Shown: positions 1-7,642 of the stretch, in pieces
How positions within the stretch are numbered: position 1 is the first letter of the stretch
How the letters are laid out: the number at the start of each line of letters is the position of its first letter
Origin: Oscillatoriales cyanobacterium
GTDB lineage: Bacteria > Cyanobacteriota > Cyanobacteriia > Cyanobacteriales > Geitlerinemataceae
NCBI GenBank assembly: GCA_004293855.1
Contig: RDYZ01000208.1
Span: 1 to 42,909, forward strand
Direction: 5' to 3'
Length of the DNA: 42,909 nt
Program-made: the position numbers and the translations under genes
Notes under the pieces: generated by a model
Database searches by the model: none
What the model was told of the DNA's origin: nothing
What the model saw: the letters and a program-made list of their open reading frames with translations, nothing else

Positions 1-2231
1 GTCCGCAATCGAATCACGGTGGAACCGCTCAACTCACCACTCCCCGCCTCGATCGTCACATCTTCAAAGCCTGAACCATCCAGCAATTGCAAACTGTCAC
101 CAGAACTAAAGCCCTGAATCCGATCGATCGATTGGGTATCGAGGCTATAAATATCGCGCCCTAGACCACCGATCAAGGTATCATTCCCCGGCCCGCCGTA
201 CAGTTGATCGTCACCGTCCCCACCACCGAGTAAATCGTCGCCACTGCCGCCGTAGAGTAGATCCGCGCCATCACCGCCGTAGAGCGCATCGACGCCATTA
301 CCACCGCTGAGGTAGTCGTTCCCGAAACGTCCACTGAGGTAATCATTACCATCACCACCCGCGATGCCGTCGTTGCCATCGTTCCCGAGCAGATAATCGT
401 TCCCCCCCAAACCCAACAGCAGGTCATCCCCATCGTGGCTAATGATAAAGTCGCGGCTTGCGGAACCGGTCACGATGTCGTCACCAGTATTGACGGCGAT
501 CGCGCGGTTGGGGGTGTCGGTTAAATCTCGAGTTGCACCGGGATTGGTGTCATTGTCGGTGATACTAATGCCGATCGTAGACAACGATAGACCATTAAAC
601 CGGCTGTCACCGCTGGTACTGCTGGGGGTAATTTCGCTGCGGCGTGAGCCGTCGTTGGTACGGTTATCGCCGAGCGAAACGATGACAAATTGAGGCGTAT
701 TCCAGTTTGTGGGGGTGAAGGTCAGGCTGGTGGTACTGAGACTGAGGGCGGGATCGTTCAGCTCAAACTGGAGTGTGACCAGCTCGGATGGTTGCAAGCT
801 GAGCCGGACAGCATAGACGTCGGCGTCGGTGAGCCCTTCGATCGCCTGGGTTGATCCGGCGGTCTCGAAGAAGGAGATGATGTCAACCTGGGAAAATTCG
901 TAGGCGCCGAGGTCGGGGCGAGTATCCCGCACAAAGCCGCGTTGATCGATGGTGAAGGTAGAGCCGATCGCGGCATTGATCGCGGGGCTCCCGTTTTGCA
1001 GGGCGTGGGTTTGGATGTTGCCGCCATTGTTTTGGAGCGGGCCAAGCAATGGATCAACACTCAGAACACTTGTGCCCGTAACGCTACCATCTTTGATGAT
1101 ATTGCGACCACTGAAAACGAATGAGCCACCAACCCCAGTGGTCAGACCGACATCAACACCACCGATAGAGTTGGCAACAATGCTATTTTCAAGGGTGAGG
1201 GTAACTCCGAAGGAATTCTGTATCCCAAGACCACCAATAAAAGAAAACGTACTGGAGGTACTGTTAAAGGCGATCGTGGACTGACGGATCGTTGCGGGCG
1301 CAAAAAAGAAACCACCACCACCTGAGGATGAAGCTGCATTGCCAGAAATGGTCGAGTTTTGGATGGTTAAACCCGTAGCTGAGGAGCTATTGTAAACACC
1401 ACCACCATACCCGGCGGAGTTATTGGCGATCGTGGTGTTGTCAATCTGTGCCTGACGCGCAATAGAAATCCCCCCCCCACGCGCTGCGGTATTCCCAGAA
1501 ATGGTGGAATTTTGGATAGTCAAATCTGAGGATAAGGCCGTGGAGATACCTCCACCATTGCCAGGGGTGACATTACCCGTGATCGTTGTTGCATCAATCT
1601 TCAACCGACCTGTGTTGACAATACCGCCACCACCCTTAATATTGGTGGTGGATTGATTCCCAGATATCGTACTGGACACAATTTGACTAGTACTCGACAA
1701 TGTGCCGGTATAAATTGCACCACCATCCGGGGCGATATTGTTGAGAAACTGAGAATCTGTAATCGAAAAATAACCTTGATTATTAATCGCACCACCCGGT
1801 TCCGTAGGGGCTTCATTACCCGAAAGAGTTGAGGCTTCCAAGATCAACTTCGAGCCTGAATCTGCGATAAAAATCGCACCGCCACCATCGCCACCGGCGG
1901 AATCGTAGCCATTACGCAGGGTGACATTGCGTAGGGTTAACTGAGCACTATTGAGCAGGTGAAACAATCGATCGCGATCGGTAACAGAAATACTTTCCCG
2001 CCACTCGATAATCGTAGCCGCGTCGTCAATTCCCTCGATCGTCAGAGTCTTACCATTCAGATCAAGATCTCCCGTCGCTCCCAGATCTTCTGAGACCCCA
2101 ATGATCGACAGTTCATAAACCCCCGCCGCCAAACGGATCGTTCCCCCACTGGGCGTATCGCGTATCGCTTCACGTAACGATATGCCGCCAATACTATTAA
2201 ACTCGTCAGTAAAAATCGTTGGGTCTGCCAT
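1..2231 (-). CDS. Secreted parallel beta-helix / RTX calcium-binding repeat protein, N-terminal 743 codons. The 3' end runs off the left edge, so it is absent from the supplied ORF track.
   Basis: I checked every minus-strand codon in the frame of the ATG at 2231-2229. No stop occurs down to nt 3. The nearest upstream in-frame stop is at 2301-2303, with no other start codon in between. The N-terminus is MADPTIFTDEFNSIGGISLREAIRDTPSGGTIRLAAGVYEL (SLREA motif, as in CSLREA / choice-of-anchor-Q type beta-helix proteins). About 1080-2100 encodes repeated ~22-aa turns of the type GGAI.N.G.L.I..STISGN. About 500-800 encodes a beta-sandwich-like segment. About 170-440 encodes nonapeptide GGxGxDxL repeats (GGDGNDYLSG...GGNGVDALYGGDGADLLYGGSGDDLLGGGDGDDQLYGGPGNDTLIGG). 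There is no N-terminal signal peptide. Confidence 0.8.
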   Translation of the reverse strand, partial: MADPTIFTDEFNSIGGISLREAIRDTPSGGTIRLAAGVYELSIIGVSEDLGATGDLDLNGKTLTIEGIDDAATIIEWRESISVTDRDRLFHLLNSAQLTLRNVTLRNGYDSAGGDGGGAIFIADSGSKLILEASTLSGNEAPTEPGGAINNQGYFSITDSQFLNNIAPDGGAIYTGTLSSTSQIVSSTISGNQSTTNIKGGGGIVNTGRLKIDATTITGNVTPGNGGGISTALSSDLTIQNSTISGNTAARGGGISIARQAQIDNTTIANNSAGYGGGVYNSSSATGLTIQNSTISGNAASSSGGGGFFFAPATIRQSTIAFNSTSSTFSFIGGLGIQNSFGVTLTLENSIVANSIGGVDVGLTTGVGGSFVFSGRNIIKDGSVTGTSVLSVDPLLGPLQNNGGNIQTHALQNGSPAINAAIGSTFTIDQRGFVRDTRPDLGAYEFSQVDIISFFETAGSTQAIEGLTDADVYAVRLSLQPSELVTLQFELNDPALSLSTTSLTFTPTNWNTPQFVIVSLGDNRTNDGSRRSEITPSSTSGDSRFNGLSLSTIGISITDNDTNPGATRDLTDTPNRAIAVNTGDDIVTGSASRDFIISHDGDDLLLGLGGNDYLLGNDGNDGIAGGDGNDYLSGRFGNDYLSGGNGVDALYGGDGADLLYGGSGDDLLGGGDGDDQLYGGPGNDTLIGGLGRDIYSLDTQSIDRIQGFSSGDSLQLLDGSGFEDVTIEAGSGELSGSTVIRLR

Positions 2232-2468
2232 CGTCTCTTCAAATGCCCGCTGCCAAAATCTGTGCGGATAGTTTGATTCTAGGGGTCTAGTTTGTCGATG
2301 TCAGTTTGGCTTAACAGATTGTTCGAGATAACCCACGGCACACAGGAGCGTCAGCCCATAGGATGCTAGTTTGAAGCATTGCCGTCTTGCTCCACAATGC
2401 AACCGTACAACCTGGGCTATTGCTTGGCCTTGGTTCTGGCTGCTCGCTTAATTTCGCCCCGATCGCCG

Positions 2469-4124
2469 ATGACGCTCCTTTCTTTTTTGCTACAAGCTTC
2501 CTGGCCGTTGCTCGCTCTGTCGATTCTGGCGGGCTTCGTCAGTGGGGGCAGTAGCGCTGGGCTGCTGGCGTTAATTGGCCGTGCGATCGCCGCTGACCCC
2601 AACCAAGTGTCGATCGGTGTGCCGTATTTTGTCATCCTGGGCATCCTTGCCCCCGCCTCGGCGATCGTCTCTCAGTTGGCCTTAATTCGCCTGTCCCAAA
2701 CCGCTGTCCTCAATCTGCGGCTGCATTTGGCACGGCAAATCCTGCGATCGGACTTGCAACGCATTGAAACCCTAGGCGCACCGCGTTTGCTGGCGACGCT
2801 CACCGATGACGTACAGATGATCTCAGCGGCCATCTCGACGCTGCCCTTAATTTGTATTGACTTAGCGGTGGTGGTGGGCTGTTTTGGTTATATCGCGGTG
2901 TTGTCGTGGCAGGTGTTACTCATGGTGGTGGCGCTGATGGTGGTAGCGATGGGGAGCTGTTTTGCACTAATTCGTCAGGGGAAATATTGGCTGACCCGAT
3001 CGCGCAATGAACAGGATCGGCTGTACGGCCATTTTCGGACGATCGCTGCGGGTTTTAAAGAACTCAAACTGCACCGCCACCGTCGCCGCGCTTTCTTTGA
3101 TCAGGATTTATTCGTGAGTGCCGATCGGTTTCGTCACCAAAATGAACGGGGGTTGATGTACGTCACCGTTACCAGCAGTTGGGGCAAATTTATCTTTGTG
3201 CTGGCGATGGGTTTTATTTTATTTTCGTTGCCGCAGATCATGACCGTGCCAACCACGACGTTATCGAGCTACATCGTGATTTTCACCTATCTCATGCTGC
3301 CGCTCGAAAAATTGGTCGCGAAACTGCCCATTTTTAGCCAAGCCAACGTCGCCCTCGAAAAAATTGACCAGCTTGGTTTATCGGTGTCTGCGGCTCGATC
3401 GGCGGAACCCAACCCCCAAACTCCCCACCCCCCCCGATCGCCTGCCCCGTCCTTACCCCCCCGCCATGCTTGGCACAGTCTCGAACTGCGCCAAATCTCC
3501 CACACCTACCGCAGCGACAGCGACGATCGCCCCTTTACCCTCGGGCCGATCGACCTACAATTTACGCCGGGAGAAATTGTGTTTATCGTTGGCGGTAACG
3601 GCAGCGGTAAATCAACCCTAGCGAAGCTGATCACGGGTCTATATACGCCGGATCATGGCGAAATTGCGATCGATCAGTGGGTCATCACCGATGCCGATCG
3701 GGAGGATTATCGCCAATACTTCGCGGCAATTTTTGCCGATTTTTATCTTTTTGAGCGACTCCTCGGTCTCGATCGCCCCGATCTCACCCCTGCGGATCTC
3801 GATCAACTGGCTCAGACCTACATCACCACCCTTCAGCTCGATCGCAAAGTCCAAATTCAAGCCGGTCAACTGTCCACCACAGCCCTATCCCAAGGCCAAC
3901 GCAAACGCCTTGCCCTGTTGACTGCGCTCCTAGAAGATCGCCCGATTTATTTATTTGATGAATGGGCAGCGGATCAAGATCCCCAGTTTAAGGATCTGTT
4001 CTATCGCGAGGTTTTACCAGAACTAAAACGGCGGGGCAAAACCACGATCGCCATTACCCACGACGATCGATATTTTGACCTTGCCGATCGGGTGATCACC
4101 CTCGAATACGGACAGCTTGTTTAA
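2469..4124 (+). CDS. Cyclic-peptide-export-type ABC transporter (fused permease-ATPase, SyrD/PvdE/YojI family)
   Basis: The track ORF is 2379-4124 with a TTG start. I prefer the ATG at 2469 because MTLLSFLLQASWPLLALSILAGFVSGGSSAGLLALIGRAI matches the usual N-terminus of this family. Motifs: six-TM region, Walker A GGNGSGKST, signature LSQGQRKRL, Walker B IYLFDEWAADQDPQFKDLFYREVLPELKRRGKTTIAITHDDRYFDLADRV (very like E. coli YojI). No C39 peptidase domain is present. Confidence 0.85.
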   Translation: MTLLSFLLQASWPLLALSILAGFVSGGSSAGLLALIGRAIAADPNQVSIGVPYFVILGILAPASAIVSQLALIRLSQTAVLNLRLHLARQILRSDLQRIETLGAPRLLATLTDDVQMISAAISTLPLICIDLAVVVGCFGYIAVLSWQVLLMVVALMVVAMGSCFALIRQGKYWLTRSRNEQDRLYGHFRTIAAGFKELKLHRHRRRAFFDQDLFVSADRFRHQNERGLMYVTVTSSWGKFIFVLAMGFILFSLPQIMTVPTTTLSSYIVIFTYLMLPLEKLVAKLPIFSQANVALEKIDQLGLSVSAARSAEPNPQTPHPPRSPAPSLPPRHAWHSLELRQISHTYRSDSDDRPFTLGPIDLQFTPGEIVFIVGGNGSGKSTLAKLITGLYTPDHGEIAIDQWVITDADREDYRQYFAAIFADFYLFERLLGLDRPDLTPADLDQLAQTYITTLQLDRKVQIQAGQLSTTALSQGQRKRLALLTALLEDRPIYLFDEWAADQDPQFKDLFYREVLPELKRRGKTTIAITHDDRYFDLADRVITLEYGQLV

Positions 4125-4144
4125 CGCCTCCGTTTAACGCCTCC
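4119..4144. repeat. 13-bp direct repeat x2 (gtttaacgcctcc) that duplicates the stop codon of the ABC transporter
   Basis: Units at 4119-4131 and 4132-4144 are identical. The TAA stop at 4122-4124 lies inside unit 1. Confidence 0.9.
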
Positions 4145-4176
4145 GCTCGGCCTTGAGTGGCGGTGTTTGTCCTACC

Positions 4177-4244
4177 GGGTCAACTCAAATTGGGTCAACT
4201 CAAATTGGGTCAACTCAAATTGGGTCAACTCAAACCGGGTCACC
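4177..4244. repeat. 15-bp tandem repeat, about 4.5 copies (gggtcaactcaaatt)
   Basis: Units at 4177-4191, 4192-4206 and 4207-4221 are identical. Unit 4222-4236 ends in cc. A partial unit follows at 4237-4244. The array fills the convergent spacer between the ABC exporter stop (4124) and the CDF stop (4249-4251). Confidence 0.95.
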
Positions 4245-4248
4245 CCGA

Positions 4249-5157
4249 TCAGGGTGAACCGTAGCTAATCTTGTCTGACTCGTAGGACGGTGGTTCCATA
4301 TGAATCGTCACGCGCACAGGGCTATAGCGTTGTTCGAGTTGGGCTTCGACGGCTTCCGTAATCGTATGGGCCTGACGCAGATCCGTCGCGTCTACGATCA
4401 AGTGCATATCGATAAACACCTGACGGCCAATGAGGCCACGTGAGGCAATGTCGTGGCAGTTAATCACGCCAGGAACCTGCATCACCACCTCATGGATCGC
4501 TTCCGGTGCGATCGCCATTTCGTCCACGAGCCACGGAAGATTTTCCCGCAGCACTTCCCAGCCGCTACGAAACACCAAAAACGCCACGGGAAATGCCAAC
4601 ACCAGATCAAGCCAGCCTTGACCCAAAAACACACCGATCGACCCTGCAATCACGGTTAGCGTAATCCAGATATCGCTCATGGTGTGGTGAGCGTCAGCAA
4701 TTAGAATTTTGCTCCCCAGCTTGAGCCCAATTCGCCGCTCATAGAAGGCGACAAAGATATTAATCCCCACCACGATCAGCATCCACCACAGCATAAATGG
4801 TTCAATTTCGGGAACCCGTGCCCCAAAAAAGATGCGATTGAATGCACTCTGGACAATCTCCAGGCAGGCCACCCCGAGAAAGGCCACAACCCCCAGAGCG
4901 CCAACGGCTTCGTACTTGTGGTGACCGTAGGGGTGATCGCGATCGGGCTGAGGCGATGAAAATGACATCGCAATTAAGCCCAAAACATTGTTCGCGCTAT
5001 CGGTCACGCTGTGGAGGGCATCGGCCATCAGACTTAGGGAGCCGCTGCGCCAGCCAAGCCCCGCTTTGATCGCCAACACCACCACATTCAGCACCAGAAC
5101 AAACAGTAAAACCCGGTTAACTTTGGGACGATAATCTTGAGACATAGCCAAACTCAC
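4249..5157 (-). CDS. Cation diffusion facilitator (CDF) family divalent-metal efflux transporter
   Basis: Six predicted TM helices. Family motifs include SGSLSLMADALHSVTDSANNVLGLIAM and HPYGHHKYEAVGAL, plus a C-terminal cytoplasmic domain (VINCHDIASRG...FIDMHLIV). The track start at 5157 is GTG. The ATG at 5145 (MSQDYRPK...) is an equally plausible start. Confidence 0.9.
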   Translation of the reverse strand: MSLAMSQDYRPKVNRVLLFVLVLNVVVLAIKAGLGWRSGSLSLMADALHSVTDSANNVLGLIAMSFSSPQPDRDHPYGHHKYEAVGALGVVAFLGVACLEIVQSAFNRIFFGARVPEIEPFMLWWMLIVVGINIFVAFYERRIGLKLGSKILIADAHHTMSDIWITLTVIAGSIGVFLGQGWLDLVLAFPVAFLVFRSGWEVLRENLPWLVDEMAIAPEAIHEVVMQVPGVINCHDIASRGLIGRQVFIDMHLIVDATDLRQAHTITEAVEAQLEQRYSPVRVTIHMEPPSYESDKISYGSP

Positions 5158-5629
5158 AAGCCAAACTCATGAACCGAAACGTGTAAACCGAAACTCGTAA
5201 CCCCAGCCGCCTTGCTACGACTGACCCACACCTGACCCACAAACGCTGCTCGCGGCTTGGATGACAGCTTGCCGATCGCTAGCCGATCGTGATTTTGGGT
5301 CACACCGCGATTCAGTATAAATACGGAGGTTTTTCCCATACACTGTGGAGGGGAGTCATCGACTGCGATCCATGTCTACCCCGTCGCCCCAAGGAAGCCT
5401 CGATGAATCAGACCCCGTAAATTGAACCGGTTTTGAGAGAAGATTTCACACATCAACTCTCCGGAGGAACGGGCGACACGATGAACAATACGATCGGATC
5501 GTTACGGAGACTACCGCAAAGCTCAATCTTCTCGTACTTTAAAGTCAGTCTGCATCAGACCTACGGTATCGGATAAGCGCCCCTCACGGTTTAAACTTCA
5601 GTTTCTATTTCAGTTTCGACAATTTTGTT

Positions 5630-6430
5630 ATGCAAGCATCCAAGAAGCGATCGTCGCTGGCGGCTCTGAGCCTAAAGACGGTTGGTATCATTCTCATTAT
5701 CTCGTCTCTGATCGACTACATCATTCTGCCGATTCCCTATCAGCCGCTTGATGTTGCGTGGCGTATCAACCTTGCTTCGACGTTTGTGGATCGCGGCATC
5801 ATCCCGATGATTGGTATCGGGTTGATGTTTACAGGGTACAAGATGGACACCGATGAGGGGCGGGGCGGTAGCGTTACGAAAAAGTGGCTATATCTGCCCT
5901 TCTGGGGTTTAGTCCTTGCCGCTGCTCTCGGTTTGTCCTTCCTGTTGTTAACGCCGATGCACCTTAACGATGTGCGGGTGGCGAGTCAGGAGAGACTGGC
6001 CGCGATCGAGACGGAAGCCCGTCGCGTCGAAAGTAATTTCAACGCGCAACTTGGCACGGAAGAGTTTCAAACCCAGCTCGAACAGCAGCAGATCGAAGCG
6101 AAAGCCCAGTTTAAGAGCCTGCTCGAAAATCCCGATCGCCTGCAAACGGTAATCGATAGCCCTGACACGCCGGATGAAATTAAGGCTGTGCTTGAAGAAG
6201 CGAAAACCAATCCCCAGGCTTTGGATGATTTCTTTGCGGAGCGGGTCGCCAATATTCCGGAGCAGGTGATGGGTCGTGTGCGTGAACAACAGGAAACACA
6301 AACACGCCAAGTGGGTCGCGAGGCGAGCAAGTCCGCGATTCGTGTGGGTCTGAGCAGTCTGCTGCTTTCGATCGGCTACATCGTCATCAGTTGGACCGGA
6401 CTGAAGGGAATGATGAGCCCGCGTCGTTAG
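5630..6430 (+). CDS. Membrane protein with an N-terminal TM bundle, a Glu/Gln-rich coiled-coil and a C-terminal TM helix. It resembles the cyanobacterial HpsJ family.
   Basis: ATG start. The N-terminus LSLKTVGIILIISSLIDYIILPIPYQPLDVAWRINLASTFVDRGIIPMIGIGLMFTGY resembles HpsJ-family proteins as I remember them (recollection, not a search). The central region is AIETEARRVESNFNAQLGTEEFQTQLEQQQIEAKAQFKSLL. The coding call is solid, but the family assignment is tentative. Confidence 0.55.
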   Translation: MQASKKRSSLAALSLKTVGIILIISSLIDYIILPIPYQPLDVAWRINLASTFVDRGIIPMIGIGLMFTGYKMDTDEGRGGSVTKKWLYLPFWGLVLAAALGLSFLLLTPMHLNDVRVASQERLAAIETEARRVESNFNAQLGTEEFQTQLEQQQIEAKAQFKSLLENPDRLQTVIDSPDTPDEIKAVLEEAKTNPQALDDFFAERVANIPEQVMGRVREQQETQTRQVGREASKSAIRVGLSSLLLSIGYIVISWTGLKGMMSPRR

Positions 6431-6717
6431 TGGTGTTGTGCGTCGTTGTCGGTGCGCGATCGGACGCCTTCCGTGGCTCCTCGGTTTGTATCGTTTAGCC
6501 CAACCCGGATCGATCTAGGAGATCTTGGATCATCCGACCCTGGATCACGGCCCGCCCGGACAGGAAACGACCCACACAATTCAATACGCATCAAGATGCC
6601 TTAACCGGTATCCGCAACCGGCATCAGCGTGCATTGTGAAAGCAGCTTCAATGGATGGATTCTGTCCTCTGATTGAAGCTGTTTTTGTCCGGAGCTATGA
6701 TCCCTGGAGGAATTGCA

Positions 6718-7617
6718 ATGTTTTCGATTTATATCCTGACCTACAACGAGGAAATCGATATTGCAGAGTGCATTGAATCGGCCCTGTTGTCGGATGACGT
6801 CATCGTGGTGGATTCCCTAAGTCACGATCGGACGGTTGAGATTGCGGAACGCTACCCGGTGCGGGTTGTTCCCCATGCGTTTGAGAGTCACGGTAAACAG
6901 CGCACCTGGATGCTAGAACAGGTGGAGACCAAATACGATTGGGTGTATATCCTAGAAGCGGATGAACGGATGACGCCGGATCTGTTTGCCGAGTGTGTGC
7001 AGGCGTCGCGATCGGGCGAGCATGACAGCTACTTTGTGGCGGAACGGGTGATGTTTATGAATCGCTGGATTCGCCACAGTACCCAATACCCGCGCTATCA
7101 GCTTCGCCTATTTCGGAAGGGATCGGTGTGGTTCGATGATTATGGTCATACGGAGCGTGAAGTTTGCACCGGAACGACGGGATTTTTGAAGGCGACCTAT
7201 CCGCACTATACGGCGGGCAAGGGGCTGAGTCGCTGGCTGGATAAGCACAATCGCTATTCGACGGATGAGGCGATCGAAACGCTGCACCAATTAGAATCCG
7301 GGCGAATTCTGTGGAAGCAAATGTTTTTTGGGGAATCGGAGGTCAAGCGTCGCCATGCTTTGAAAAGCCTGTCGCTCCGGTTGCCATTTCGTCCCGTGAT
7401 TCGCTTCCTCTATATGTACTTCGGTTTGGGGGGGATTTGGGATGGCCGTGCCGGGTTGGCGTGGTGCGTGTTGCAAGCGTTTTATGAGTACATCATTGTT
7501 TTGAAGACGCGCGAACTGCGAGAGCTACCGCCGGGGAGCCACATTCGATCGGGTTCGATCGCCAAGACACCCCAGACGAACACTGCGACCAGTACACGCA
7601 TGTCCTCTGAACGCTAA
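6718..7617 (+). CDS. Glycosyltransferase family 2 (small, soluble type)
   Basis: The track ORF starts at TTG 6673. The ATG at 6718 is preceded by GGAGG (6706-6710) with a 7-nt spacer, and it gives the canonical GT2 N-terminus MFSIYILTYNEEIDIAECIESAL...VIVVDSLSHDRT. An EADE acidic motif (YILEADERM) is present. Confidence 0.85.
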   Translation: MFSIYILTYNEEIDIAECIESALLSDDVIVVDSLSHDRTVEIAERYPVRVVPHAFESHGKQRTWMLEQVETKYDWVYILEADERMTPDLFAECVQASRSGEHDSYFVAERVMFMNRWIRHSTQYPRYQLRLFRKGSVWFDDYGHTEREVCTGTTGFLKATYPHYTAGKGLSRWLDKHNRYSTDEAIETLHQLESGRILWKQMFFGESEVKRRHALKSLSLRLPFRPVIRFLYMYFGLGGIWDGRAGLAWCVLQAFYEYIIVLKTRELRELPPGSHIRSGSIAKTPQTNTATSTRMSSER

Positions 7618-7642
7618 TACCCATTAATAGGACTCAATCGAT

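Noticed and set aside
173-2242. Short ORFs listed in the track across the first 2.2 kb
   Set aside because: They are alternative frames of the single long minus-strand RTX/beta-helix ORF. The track omits that ORF because it has no stop inside the window.
2469-4124. ABC transporter as the type I secretion partner of the adjacent RTX protein
   Set aside because: The sequence signature is SyrD/YojI-type (peptide exporter). No C39 or C39-like N-terminal domain is present, and no membrane-fusion or TolC gene is adjacent.
4177-4244. Possible CRISPR array (regular short repeats)
   Set aside because: The units are directly adjacent 15-mers with no spacers, and there are no cas genes. It is a simple tandem repeat.
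5597-5617. Direct repeat TTCAGTTTC-N3-TTCAGTTTC 13 nt upstream of the HpsJ-like start codon
   Set aside because: The repeat is real, but it is very short and lies too close to the ATG to be a promoter element. Chance occurrence in an A/T-rich leader cannot be excluded.
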